64,000 nt of DNA from a virus (Duplodnaviria > Caudoviricetes): IMG/VR virus record IMGVR_UViG_3300012979_000034, positions 18,405 to 82,404 of that record; one strand, 5' to 3'. The position numbers were made by a program, and so were the translations under genes. Below are positions 1 to 9,553 of the stretch, piece after piece (position 1 is the first letter of the stretch; every line of letters begins with the position of its first letter). The notes beneath the pieces were generated by a model. The model had not been told where the DNA came from, made no database searches, and saw only the letters and a list, made by a program, of their open reading frames with translations.

Positions 1-2
1 AA

Positions 3-716
3 TACATAGATATAAAACTTATTCATCTCACTTATTATGTATTCTGAAGGTTTAACTGGTACTAATAGATAACCATCTTCATATAACTCTTCTGAAATCA
101 AGCATATCCACCATTTCTCTAATTTCCTATGACCAACCTTATATTTAAATTTTTCTATAATCTTATCATGTACCCACTCAGGTATTTTGTCCAGTAGATA
201 TTTTATATATATCTTATCCTTTTTATTAGACCTTCTCTTATATGCTGAAGGTTGTTGTAACATCCTTGGTAGAATTCTAAAATTATTCCACCTATCAAAT
301 TCCATAATTAAAGCCAGAGTATCCTTATCCCAAGGATTATCTGAAGACCTTAGATATTTTATATTCCTTTCTATCACCTGGGTTCTGCGATTGACCAAGA
401 GATTAGTTGAATCTCCAGATTGTTTAGAAGCTTCTACCCTAGTTAATCTTTTCTCTATAACACCTTCTATGTAATCAATGAAACAACCTTCACATGGACA
501 ATCTGGTCTAAATATAGCTTCATGGATATTATAAAAGTCACTAAACATTCTAAAAAATTTCTCAGCTCTTTCCCTAATCTCTATATATTTATAATGAGCT
601 ATTTTTAATATACCACCAGCTTCCCAAGTTGACTTACCTCCAGATAGCTGTAAATAAAGGCTATTCCTTTCTAACTGACTTAAACATTCCCAAGCTTTTT
701 GTTGTGCTCTATCCAT
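3..716 (-). CDS. Partial CDS (runs off window) with N-terminal sigma-70 region-4-like HTH; putative transcription regulator
   Basis: Not in the ORF track. Manual translation from ATG 716 is open to the window edge: MDRAQQKAWECLSQLERNSLYLQLSGGKSTWEAGGILKIAHYKYIEIRERAEKFF..., which resembles a region-4/LuxR-type HTH. Starts 2 nt after the NusG-like stop. Confidence 0.6.
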   Translation of the reverse strand, partial: MDRAQQKAWECLSQLERNSLYLQLSGGKSTWEAGGILKIAHYKYIEIRERAEKFFRMFSDFYNIHEAIFRPDCPCEGCFIDYIEGVIEKRLTRVEASKQSGDSTNLLVNRRTQVIERNIKYLRSSDNPWDKDTLALIMEFDRWNNFRILPRMLQQPSAYKRRSNKKDKIYIKYLLDKIPEWVHDKIIEKFKYKVGHRKLEKWWICLISEELYEDGYLLVPVKPSEYIISEMNKFYIYV

Positions 717-718
717 AA

Positions 719-1429
719 CTAATATTGTCTAAAATCTAACACTTTATTGATAGACTCTTCTGTTATCTTAGATTCATCATATTCTTTACGATTTACTAAA
801 AGATCATCTGGGTCATAATTCTGATATACACTATATATAACGCTATCAAATGGTAAACTTATCTCCATTTTACCATTTTCTGGAAATAAGAGTAGTTTTA
901 CTTTTTTCGTAGTATGATTAACCTCTAATATATTAGCATCTATACCATCATAGGGATAACCTTTCAAAACTAAGTAATCACCAACTCTCAGATTAATCAA
1001 ATTATCAACAGAAAATCTTTTATTTTCTCTAGACAACCTCTGGAATCTTCTTACTTCTTCCTTTGTTGCAGTTGCTACAATTGAAAAATCATCAAAGATA
1101 TCCATATTATCAATCCTTAGCTTTTTCTTCTTAGGATGTAAAGACTCTGGAGACTTTACCCATCCTCTAATACCGTCTATATCCCTTTTCATTTTATTCA
1201 TAAAATCCCTATTAAAAGCTAATTCAGTAGGGATTTTAATAAAACCATAGTTAAACAACAACGGTACTTTCTTATATACATCTTTACTCCTTGAAGTTTT
1301 AGTGAGAATCTTTACGATAGGTATAATAGCTTTACATCTAGTATAACCCTTTTCAATAAGTTCTGATTTTATATTTTCATAAAACTTATTTTCTAAGTAA
1401 CATATACAATATACATAAGGTGTTTTCAT
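719..1429 (-). CDS. NusG/RfaH/UpxY-family transcription elongation (antitermination) factor
   Basis: NGN-like motif VPLLFNYGFIKI and C-terminal KOW motif VGDYLVLKGYPYDGIDANILEV. Confidence 0.75.
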   Translation of the reverse strand: MKTPYVYCICYLENKFYENIKSELIEKGYTRCKAIIPIVKILTKTSRSKDVYKKVPLLFNYGFIKIPTELAFNRDFMNKMKRDIDGIRGWVKSPESLHPKKKKLRIDNMDIFDDFSIVATATKEEVRRFQRLSRENKRFSVDNLINLRVGDYLVLKGYPYDGIDANILEVNHTTKKVKLLLFPENGKMEISLPFDSVIYSVYQNYDPDDLLVNRKEYDESKITEESINKVLDFRQY

Positions 1430-1944
1430 TGTCTTAGAAGTTTCTTAGCTTCTTTATGTACTAATTTATAACTTACTACTGATTTTACTTTACTAGCCAT
1501 GAATATAAAAACATTATGATTACCAAACTTTAAAGTCATGTGAGTTTGGTTTAAAAGAGGTTTAAAGGCTAATAACATATCAGACTGAATAACAAAGAAA
1601 AACTCTTTCTTAGGCATAGAGTTATACCTCATACATAAAATAGGTATCTTATCAGTTCTTTTAGCATCTCTACAAGCTTGTTCCCAAAATTTAACTATAT
1701 CACAACCTTTATTCTCAAGAAGAACATGCTCAAAGCGTATGTCTTTATAGGATTTACATTCTATTGACAGTTTACATCTATGAGCATGTCTAGTATCAGT
1801 GCAAGTAATATCTGCACCAGCATCTTTATTTCCCCACCATGATCCTGAACCAGCTCTATTTCTTTCAAATTTATAACCAGTCCATTCAGTTAACCAAGCA
1901 GCTACTGCCCGTTCCCAACGATTACCTTTATTCTTAGAATTCAT
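1426..1944 (-). CDS. Holliday junction resolvase, PD-(D/E)XK (Hjc-like)
   Basis: SKNKGNRWER, GADIT and SIECKSY motifs. Confidence 0.75.
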   Translation of the reverse strand: MNSKNKGNRWERAVAAWLTEWTGYKFERNRAGSGSWWGNKDAGADITCTDTRHAHRCKLSIECKSYKDIRFEHVLLENKGCDIVKFWEQACRDAKRTDKIPILCMRYNSMPKKEFFFVIQSDMLLAFKPLLNQTHMTLKFGNHNVFIFMASKVKSVVSYKLVHKEAKKLLRQ

Positions 1945-1991
1945 GTCTAGTACTTTTAATCTATTGTCTTGTATTTTTAATTTACAATAGA

Positions 1992-3704
1992 TTATAGTAC
2001 CCTATAGTAACTTAACCCATCCACTTTGTCTACTTGAAGTATTTTAGTATTTGGTAATGGTAAAGATGTATGGTGTGTGATTAAGAATAAGGCTTTGTTT
2101 TCGAAAATATACCTTATTAAGGATATAACGATTTCTATATTATCTTGACTTAAGGATTCGAATACTTCATCTAAGAAAGCTATATTAATACCTCTAGAAG
2201 CTGTTAAAGCCTCATTCATAGCAAATGCCATAGCTAAGTTAACTAACTGTTTTTCTCCACCTGATAACTCATCATATTCTATTATATACTTACCTCTTTC
2301 AATTAAAGTACAAAATTCTTTTCTAGTTGATGATAAATCTATCTCGAAGGCTATCCTAAAACCAAGTATATTAGAATAGCTTTCCAATATCTTATTCAAT
2401 ATATCTAATGAGGAATCAAATAGATATGCTTTTATACCGTTATTTCCTAATGGATCATCAATTACCCATTGATAGTTCTTTAATTCTAATTCCTTATTAT
2501 GATAATCCTCATCAACTTTACGTAACCTAGATCTAATCTGAGCTATATTTTCTTTATACTTTGGAGATAGGACCTTTAATTTTTCTTCTTTTAGCTTTAA
2601 AAGATCGCTATCAATAGAGGCTATATCATCTGATAAATCATTTGCCTGCTTTACATAATCTTGATAGTTACGATTTATCTCCTCTAACCTTGATAAACTA
2701 TCACTAGTTTTAGTGATTTGCTCATGTATATCTCTAGACCTAATAAAAGAATCCTTTAAGGTTTTCAAAGACTTTTTTGCTTTTACATATTGTTTATTTT
2801 TTAACATCATGTATACTTCGTCGATAAACGACTCTATTGGTATATTACCAATGCTCTTTGCTTTATTATAAGCCTCTTTTAGTTTGATTAAGCTATCCTT
2901 CTTCCTTTTAAGTTTCAATTCAAACTGTATCTCAAAATCATCACTTAAATGTTTTTTTACCTCTATTAGCCGTTTAGTAAATTTACTCCTTGTTTCTTTT
3001 AACTCTTTTCTTTCCTGTCTAATTTGCTCTGAAAAGGAAGCTTCTCTTTCTTTTAACTCTTTATAGGTAGCGATGTTTTGCTCCAGAGATTCTTTTAAAA
3101 CAGCAGATTCTCTTTCTACTTCATTAATCTTACTAATTAAGTTATTTTTATCCTCTAAAGCAATACCTTTAGCTATGTTTAGGTAATTTAAATCAAAAAC
3201 CTCTTCAAAAAGCTTCTTCTTATCACTATTTGGTTCCTGTATTAGCCTCTTTATACCCTGACCAAACATGATAGAATTCATAAAAAGGTTATAAGATAAA
3301 CCTATCACTTGATTTATCTTATCTTGTATAGCTAACTTACCTTTAATGTCTAAGATATCAGCATCTTTCATCAGAAGTACTCTGTCATTACCCTTAGCAC
3401 CATCATCTATAGTATCTTTATATTTTTGACAACGTACTACTTTATATGTATGATTATCAACTGAAAAATATACTTCTACTAATACACCTTTATAATCTTT
3501 TGGTTGTATATCCTTCCAGGTAACTACATCAGAAACCCCTTTTAGACTTTTTCCATACAATCCCCATACTAAAGCAGAAAATATACTGGTTTTACCTTTA
3601 CCATTAGAGGCTTTAATTAAGATTATACCCTTATTATTCAAAGGTAACTCTAAATCTGATATTGAACAAAAACCTTTGGCGTGTAATTTTAAAAGTGTTA
3701 ACAT
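1992..3704 (-). CDS. sbcC: SbcC/Rad50/gp46-like recombination ATPase
   Basis: Walker A NGKGKTS, long coiled coil, signature LSGGEKQ, Walker B FLDEVFE and H-loop ITH. Confidence 0.9.
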   Translation of the reverse strand: MLTLLKLHAKGFCSISDLELPLNNKGIILIKASNGKGKTSIFSALVWGLYGKSLKGVSDVVTWKDIQPKDYKGVLVEVYFSVDNHTYKVVRCQKYKDTIDDGAKGNDRVLLMKDADILDIKGKLAIQDKINQVIGLSYNLFMNSIMFGQGIKRLIQEPNSDKKKLFEEVFDLNYLNIAKGIALEDKNNLISKINEVERESAVLKESLEQNIATYKELKEREASFSEQIRQERKELKETRSKFTKRLIEVKKHLSDDFEIQFELKLKRKKDSLIKLKEAYNKAKSIGNIPIESFIDEVYMMLKNKQYVKAKKSLKTLKDSFIRSRDIHEQITKTSDSLSRLEEINRNYQDYVKQANDLSDDIASIDSDLLKLKEEKLKVLSPKYKENIAQIRSRLRKVDEDYHNKELELKNYQWVIDDPLGNNGIKAYLFDSSLDILNKILESYSNILGFRIAFEIDLSSTRKEFCTLIERGKYIIEYDELSGGEKQLVNLAMAFAMNEALTASRGINIAFLDEVFESLSQDNIEIVISLIRYIFENKALFLITHHTSLPLPNTKILQVDKVDGLSYYRVL

Positions 3705-4690
3705 GTTTCAGCTTTATTTAGTAAACTTATTAATAAGTTTTTCTTGTCTTTATCTTTCATACCAATTTTCTTCATATAGCGTCTTGCTAGAGTTCTTTTA
3801 GAAAGTTGTTTAGTAATATTATGTTCATTTGTATTACTAATACTAGCTTTCTTAGGTAATACCGTATAATAATTACCATCCTCTATTATATCACTCTCAT
3901 TTTCTACATCAATGAATTTAGGGAAATCCTTTAAGGGTAAAAATTTCATATCTAGGTTATCATATAATAACCATACCCCTAATTCACAATCTCTATCTGT
4001 TCTCCTTTGTTGTAATGGAGCACCTATCATATAAACCTTTTTAGATAACCTTTGGGGTTTATGTATATGACCACATAATACTAAATCGAACCTATTTAAA
4101 ATATTCAAATTTAGGTTTTCAACTGAATCTATAACCCTACCATCAGTATCCTTAGCTCCCGGGTAATCAGTATGTAACATTAAAATATGTTTATAATCAG
4201 GGTCTAATTCCAATTTAGACAAATATTCATTTAAACCTATATTATGGTCTATGTAAGGTACTCCATGAATAACTACTGAAGATTCTGTTAACTTAAAACT
4301 TACATTATCTATATTATATACCCATCTATACCTATTTGATAAGTATGTAATTAAGCTATATTTAGGGTTATTTATTGTATTTACCTCTTTTAATTCATGA
4401 TTACCAGATATAGCTAATAATTCAAAGCTATTACCATCATAAAAATTAGCTTCATCGTCATACTTAGCAAATTCATTATCCATAAGATGAAGTAATTCAA
4501 TACTTATACCATCAGGCTTATGAAAGAAATCACCACAAAACAGAGAAATACAATGATGTTTATTACATAAATCTCTAACGAACGAAAGGACCCTAAAATG
4601 GTTCAAGGTCCTTTCGTTATTCTTATTAAACTTAGCCCAGATGTTTAAATGTAAATCAGAAAAAACAACAGCTAATACTTTTTTACTCAT
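3698..4690 (-). CDS. sbcD: SbcD/Mre11/gp47-like metallophosphoesterase nuclease
   Basis: SDLH, GDFFH, GNHE and GHIH motifs; adjacent to sbcC. Confidence 0.9.
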   Translation of the reverse strand: MSKKVLAVVFSDLHLNIWAKFNKNNERTLNHFRVLSFVRDLCNKHHCISLFCGDFFHKPDGISIELLHLMDNEFAKYDDEANFYDGNSFELLAISGNHELKEVNTINNPKYSLITYLSNRYRWVYNIDNVSFKLTESSVVIHGVPYIDHNIGLNEYLSKLELDPDYKHILMLHTDYPGAKDTDGRVIDSVENLNLNILNRFDLVLCGHIHKPQRLSKKVYMIGAPLQQRRTDRDCELGVWLLYDNLDMKFLPLKDFPKFIDVENESDIIEDGNYYTVLPKKASISNTNEHNITKQLSKRTLARRYMKKIGMKDKDKKNLLISLLNKAETC

Positions 4691-5385
4691 AGTTTTAATT
4701 GATACTTTAGAATCAACTCCCTTTCATTTAAACCAAGAGAAGAAATGGTTAATACATCAGTATGACCATATATATTCTCTATAAAACCGTATTCTACACT
4801 GTCTGTTAATTCAACAAATCTATATAAACCCTTTGGAATACGTTCATAACTACCAACACGTTGATAACCCATAATACCAAGAGCAACCTTCATAATACCT
4901 GATATCTCAGCTTGAAAATAGTTGTTAGTTATCCTTTTATGATTATCTTCAGTAAGCCATTGATCTATATAACCTGGTTTAAAATCAAACATTACTAACA
5001 AATCACATTGTTGAACCAGTATCATAGAGCATAATCTAGAGAATTGGTCTAATTCACATGAAGGTTGTTTACCTGCTTGCTTATAAATAAAATAGGTCAA
5101 ACTATCAAGGTAACTACGGTCAGAAACAAATATTGGATGTTCTCTGAACAATTTACGTCTTAGATCCAATATCTGATAATCCTCTAAATATTGGGTTTTA
5201 GAATCCCTATCTAACATATCTCTGTGAGAAAGCTCTTTTGTAGAGGGTATTAAATCTGATACAGAACCAGATATAAATTCATAACCCAATGCCTGATACT
5301 CATCGGCTAACCATTTAGCTATGGTAGTTTTACCAATACCAGATGGACCGGCCATCATAATTCTTTGATACTTAAGGTTTTTCAT
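4687..5385 (-). CDS. P-loop nucleotide-kinase-like protein (AAA_28/dNMP kinase-like)
   Basis: GPSGIGKTT Walker A and FVSDRSYLD motif typical of the NMP-kinase fold. Confidence 0.65.
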   Translation of the reverse strand: MKNLKYQRIMMAGPSGIGKTTIAKWLADEYQALGYEFISGSVSDLIPSTKELSHRDMLDRDSKTQYLEDYQILDLRRKLFREHPIFVSDRSYLDSLTYFIYKQAGKQPSCELDQFSRLCSMILVQQCDLLVMFDFKPGYIDQWLTEDNHKRITNNYFQAEISGIMKVALGIMGYQRVGSYERIPKGLYRFVELTDSVEYGFIENIYGHTDVLTISSLGLNERELILKYQLKL

Positions 5386-6296
5386 TTTAATAATTCTTTA
5401 AAAGGTTTCATAAATTCATTAGTCATAAAAGATGAAAATGAGTATGAGATACAGATATTCTTGAAACGTTTTTCCTGTATTACCTTTTTCTTATATGAAT
5501 GTATGATATCATTAACTCTAGAATTTGGGTGATTCTTAACAAACCATTTCAAATCTATTAGTTGTTGATTTACTTTCCAAGCTCTTTCTATCTTTTTATA
5601 ATCTTTTAAATCCTTATTTTCTAAAGCTTTTTCTATAGAACCGTACTCATCAAGGAATTTTCTAACCTTTACAGGACCATAACCTCTTACACCAGGGATA
5701 TCATCAGAATTATCCCCAACTAGTGATAAATAATCAACAGTTTCATAAGATTCATATCCAAATAACTCTCTACAGTTATCAACCCTTACCATAGATTCTT
5801 TTCTTGGATTAAATATCTTAAGCTTATCGCTTAACAACTGATTAAAGTCTTTATCACTTGAAATTAAGATATATTTATAATCCTTATTATCTTTTGTAGT
5901 TAAATAAAGGTATGCTAGAAAATCATCTCCTTCATAATTAGATATTTTATATTTATCAAAGATATAAGTAATTCTTAGCATCCTTAAAATTGCCATTATT
6001 TGCTTTTTCTGAGCTTGTAAAGACTCATAATCTACTGATATATTTTTTCGATGAATCTTATAGGTTGGTAAAAGCTTTTCTCGGTATTTAGAATGGCCAT
6101 TATCAAAGGATATTACTACTTTATACGGTTCAAACCTAGTTAAATACATGTGTAAGGATTTAAAAAACCCAAATATAGCTCCAGAAGGTTTACCATCAGT
6201 AGAATGTAGATTCTCAAATTTATGGAAAGACTGGTGAAGTATATTTTCTCCATCTATTAATAGGATTAGCTTAGATTTAGATGATGCTTTCATCAT
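5382..6296 (-). CDS. 5'-3' exonuclease / flap endonuclease (T4 RNase H-like)
   Basis: LLIDGEN, YKIHRK, YEGDD, SSDKDFNQL and GDNSDDIPGVRGYGP motifs. Confidence 0.9.
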   Translation of the reverse strand: MMKASSKSKLILLIDGENILHQSFHKFENLHSTDGKPSGAIFGFFKSLHMYLTRFEPYKVVISFDNGHSKYREKLLPTYKIHRKNISVDYESLQAQKKQIMAILRMLRITYIFDKYKISNYEGDDFLAYLYLTTKDNKDYKYILISSDKDFNQLLSDKLKIFNPRKESMVRVDNCRELFGYESYETVDYLSLVGDNSDDIPGVRGYGPVKVRKFLDEYGSIEKALENKDLKDYKKIERAWKVNQQLIDLKWFVKNHPNSRVNDIIHSYKKKVIQEKRFKNICISYSFSSFMTNEFMKPFKELLK

Positions 6297-6681
6297 ATTC
6301 TGAATACATTAGAAGACTTATATTATGAAAAGCTTTATTATAATCCTTGTTTAAGATAGAGAGTACTATATCTTGGAATATTGGGAAGGATTTTGGCTCT
6401 CTGAATGAGTTTTTAAACTGAAGAACATATTTTGATAAAAGTGTATCTTCTAGGTATATTACTCCATTATATGTATTTGGGTATTTATCCATAGTAATAG
6501 CCATTTCACATACATGGGCTGATTTCTTTAAATCTGATAAACCATTTTTTCTAAAGAATCTTGAAACATATTTAAAAGCCTCACCCTGAAACCAGTTTAA
6601 TTTATACTGGGATATAATGGTTACTGGTTCTATATCTAAATCTTCATAATGTGAACCACCAACTTCTCTTAATTTATTCAT
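6277..6681 (-). CDS. DUF3310 (SaV-like) protein
   Basis: VGGSHY...GEAFKYVSR...KNGLSDLKK. Likely start is ATG 6681 (or 6687), overlapping the recA stop; the track start is 6723. Confidence 0.75.
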   Translation of the reverse strand: MNKLREVGGSHYEDLDIEPVTIISQYKLNWFQGEAFKYVSRFFRKNGLSDLKKSAHVCEMAITMDKYPNTYNGVIYLEDTLLSKYVLQFKNSFREPKSFPIFQDIVLSILNKDYNKAFHNISLLMYSEYDESII

Positions 6682-7825
6682 TATCATCGTCTTCTTCCTC
6701 CTCTGAATTACTAAATGATTCATACTCTACTCCATCTACTGGGAAAAAATTCTCTTTTAAATTATCCAGTTTTTTACGAGTATTACCTATGGTATTTATA
6801 CTAGCTTTACGTAAAAGCTTTCTTCTGAGATCTTCATCTTCTTCTAGAAGTTTCTGAAATTTCTCTTCACCACGACATAGCTGTTTATCTCCAAGTTTAT
6901 ATACACCACCAGAAGATTTTACTATAATTTCATTTTCTACAAAAACATCCTCTAAACCATAATATCTATCAAAACCAACCTCATGGAAAGTAGGATTAAA
7001 ATATACAGGACATTTTGAAATACTTGGTCTTGGTGGAGCTACCTTATTTTTAATTAATCTAACAGTTACTAATTTACCTGCCCTACGTTCTTTACCCTTA
7101 TACTTAACAGTTATTGATTTACCTGAATAAAAAGCAGCTCTTATAGCAGCATAGAATTTCAAAGCAGCTCCTCCAGTAGTTGTAGTATTATCTTTACCAA
7201 AACCAACATTCAAAGCTGTTCTTAATTGGTTAATATATATCTGAGTAATACCTAGTCTATAGAATAATTCTGAGCGTATACGAAAATATTTATATAAAGC
7301 CTTAGCTCTACCACCCATCTCAGCTTTACCCTCTACCATTTTAGCATCTATATTATCTGCACAATCCATAGCTGCTATAGAATCAACTACCAGTAATATG
7401 GGTTCATTATGAGTTAATTGGGATCTCAAGTATATAGCTAAATCTGCTACTATATCAGCAACATATTCTATTCTAGTATCATTTACTACAGTTACATTAC
7501 TGGGATCAACACCATTAGTTTCAGCCCAAGAATTCATCCAAGATTGTTCTGCATCAACCCATATAACTTTACCACCAAGCTGTTGACAAGCATAAGCAAA
7601 ATTATAAGCTATTAAAGATTTACCTGATGACTCTTCTCCAGCTACTTCTAAGATTTTACCAAATGGGATACCTCCACCAAAAGTATAATTAAGCATAAAA
7701 AATGTAGAGGGTAACCAAAGCCCAGATTCTTTTGTATCTGAAGCTAATTTTACCATATTACCATACTTTTTAAGTATCTCATTTTTGGTTGGTACTTTTA
7801 TACCGATTTTACCGTTCTTTGCCAT
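6674..7825 (-). CDS. recA: RecA/UvsX recombinase
   Basis: GEESSGKS, WVDAEQ, VVDSIAAM, YINQLR, TTGGAALKFYA and KNKVAPP motifs; acidic tail. Confidence 0.95.
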   Translation of the reverse strand: MAKNGKIGIKVPTKNEILKKYGNMVKLASDTKESGLWLPSTFFMLNYTFGGGIPFGKILEVAGEESSGKSLIAYNFAYACQQLGGKVIWVDAEQSWMNSWAETNGVDPSNVTVVNDTRIEYVADIVADLAIYLRSQLTHNEPILLVVDSIAAMDCADNIDAKMVEGKAEMGGRAKALYKYFRIRSELFYRLGITQIYINQLRTALNVGFGKDNTTTTGGAALKFYAAIRAAFYSGKSITVKYKGKERRAGKLVTVRLIKNKVAPPRPSISKCPVYFNPTFHEVGFDRYYGLEDVFVENEIIVKSSGGVYKLGDKQLCRGEEKFQKLLEEDEDLRRKLLRKASINTIGNTRKKLDNLKENFFPVDGVEYESFSNSEEEEDDDNE

Positions 7826-7845
7826 ACTTTTTTTAAATGAAGTTA

Positions 7846-7888
7846 AAAACTAAAGAAGGTGGTAACCCATAAGGAATACCACCTCCTC
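7846..7888 (-). terminator. Rho-independent terminator between ssb and recA
   Basis: Minus strand AGGAGGTGGTA...TACCACCTTCT stem followed by TTAGTTTT. Confidence 0.7.
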
Positions 7889-7924
7889 ATCAACACATAA
7901 AACTTACAAACAAAAGACAAACTA

Positions 7925-8707
7925 CTAAATATCAGATTTGTATTTTTTCTTCTTTTTCTTTACTGGTTCATCATCACTAGATTTCTTCTTTTTCTTTACT
8001 GGTTCATCAGTATCTTCATCAGCAGGAGTTTCATTGAGGAAAGTATTTAACATATACTGTAATTCATCATAATCCTTGATTTGACTGCGAACTATAGATT
8101 CTAGATCAACATTACCCCTGTATTTTGAATCTAATGAGGATGGTTTACAAGCTCTTGCTGAATATGTAGTATCTAACTTACCAGAACCTGAACGTATAAT
8201 CTTAATATCATAACCATGATCTGGGTCTGTCATATCTCCAGCCTCATCCTCATCTAAATATAAATCTACGATATCTTGGTATACTGACCTTGGTATTAAA
8301 ATACCCTTATCTTTACCGTCATAATCAAAGCTACTGCCTTTATCATCAGTATATACCAGACCACCAATTATATACCTACGACGAGGAACCATTTTCTTAG
8401 CTAATTCCTTATCATCGTCATCTTTAGAGTTCTTTAACTCATTGTACTTTTCCATAAATGGGCAAGGCTCATCAAAAGTAGCTGGAGAAATAATACCACC
8501 TACATCAGGTATATAGAATTGAACAACCTCCATTCCCAATTCCTGATCATCACCTGGGGATTTCATTCTAACTCTAGTAGTACCTTCTTTTGGATATACC
8601 AATGAGGACCCTGAACCCTTTTCAGTTAACTTTTTCTTCCTTGCTAACATCTTCTCTCTGGTAGTCATACCATCAGAGGAAATTTTCTTTTCTTTCTTTA
8701 CTTTCAT
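7925..8707 (-). CDS. Single-stranded DNA-binding protein (gp32-like)
   Basis: SPATFDEPCPFME and GYDIKIIRSGSGKLDTTYS motifs, acidic/basic tail, position next to recA. Confidence 0.65.
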   Translation of the reverse strand: MKVKKEKKISSDGMTTREKMLARKKKLTEKGSGSSLVYPKEGTTRVRMKSPGDDQELGMEVVQFYIPDVGGIISPATFDEPCPFMEKYNELKNSKDDDDKELAKKMVPRRRYIIGGLVYTDDKGSSFDYDGKDKGILIPRSVYQDIVDLYLDEDEAGDMTDPDHGYDIKIIRSGSGKLDTTYSARACKPSSLDSKYRGNVDLESIVRSQIKDYDELQYMLNTFLNETPADEDTDEPVKKKKKSSDDEPVKKKKKKYKSDI

Positions 8708-9102
8708 AACTTATTACACTCTGAATAAATAATCTCATTAACGGATAGTACTGTTAACTTATTAGTTTTTAATAAATCATTTAATCCTGATGGTAAATCA
8801 TATTGTAATTCCAATTCTTTACCAGCATACAAACCATAAGTAATAATCATACCAATTTTAGTACAATCTCTAAAACACCTATTTAGTTCATCTATATAAC
8901 CAGATTGAACTACAACGCCCTTTCTTGGTAAATCATCTTTAGCAGTACCAGGAATAATAATACCTGTTGAAGTAGTAGTCTCATTATTTGGAGATAATAC
9001 TACTACCCTATTTTCTGGACATATACCTGTACTACTAAGGGCTTCATTTAACTGATTAGCCACTTCGTAAGATACGAAATTCATTTTTACATTCATATTC
9101 AA
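8704..9102 (-). CDS. groES: GroES-like co-chaperonin
   Basis: PENRVVV...TTTSTGIIIPGTAK...KGVVVQSG mobile-loop pattern. Confidence 0.75.
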   Translation of the reverse strand: MNMNVKMNFVSYEVANQLNEALSSTGICPENRVVVLSPNNETTTSTGIIIPGTAKDDLPRKGVVVQSGYIDELNRCFRDCTKIGMIITYGLYAGKELELQYDLPSGLNDLLKTNKLTVLSVNEIIYSECNKL

Positions 9103-9133
9103 TTAGAATTTTATAGTATATATTAATAGTTCT

Positions 9134-9553
9134 CTATTGTTGTTTCCTGAGAGTGGCACTCAGAGTTCTAAGGATGTTCTCCCTATTCTCATAAACTCTG
9201 CATATTGAAATAAACATATTAGCTTTAGCTGAAGCTTTTAAATAACGTTTACACAGTGAACAATATTTATTATTAGAATTAGCTAAATGGGATACCTGTT
9301 CATTAGAATACCTCTCATTACTTGATTTATAATAAGTCCATACTTTGCTATAAGCTTCTTCTTTTTCACGTTCAAGAGCATCACGTTTTTTAATATAATT
9401 ATCTCTCAGTTTACAAAGTATATAATAACTAGACGGACTATCTTTCAGCTGAGAATTCAATAAATTTTCATTTATAGATAATTCTTTTGCTAAGTCTATT
9501 GTTAATACCTTACCATCTAGTTTAACCTTAATAACCTTAATCTCGGCTTTCAT
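9134..9553 (-). CDS. UvsY-like recombination mediator (helical)
   Basis: Size, helical coiled-coil character and position in the recA/ssb cluster; no decisive motif. Confidence 0.45.
   Translation of the reverse strand: MKAEIKVIKVKLDGKVLTIDLAKELSINENLLNSQLKDSPSSYYILCKLRDNYIKKRDALEREKEEAYSKVWTYYKSSNERYSNEQVSHLANSNNKYCSLCKRYLKASAKANMFISICRVYENRENILRTLSATLRKQQ

Noticed and set aside
187-474. 95-aa plus-strand ORF
   Set aside because: Antisense shadow of the longer minus-strand ORF at 3-716.
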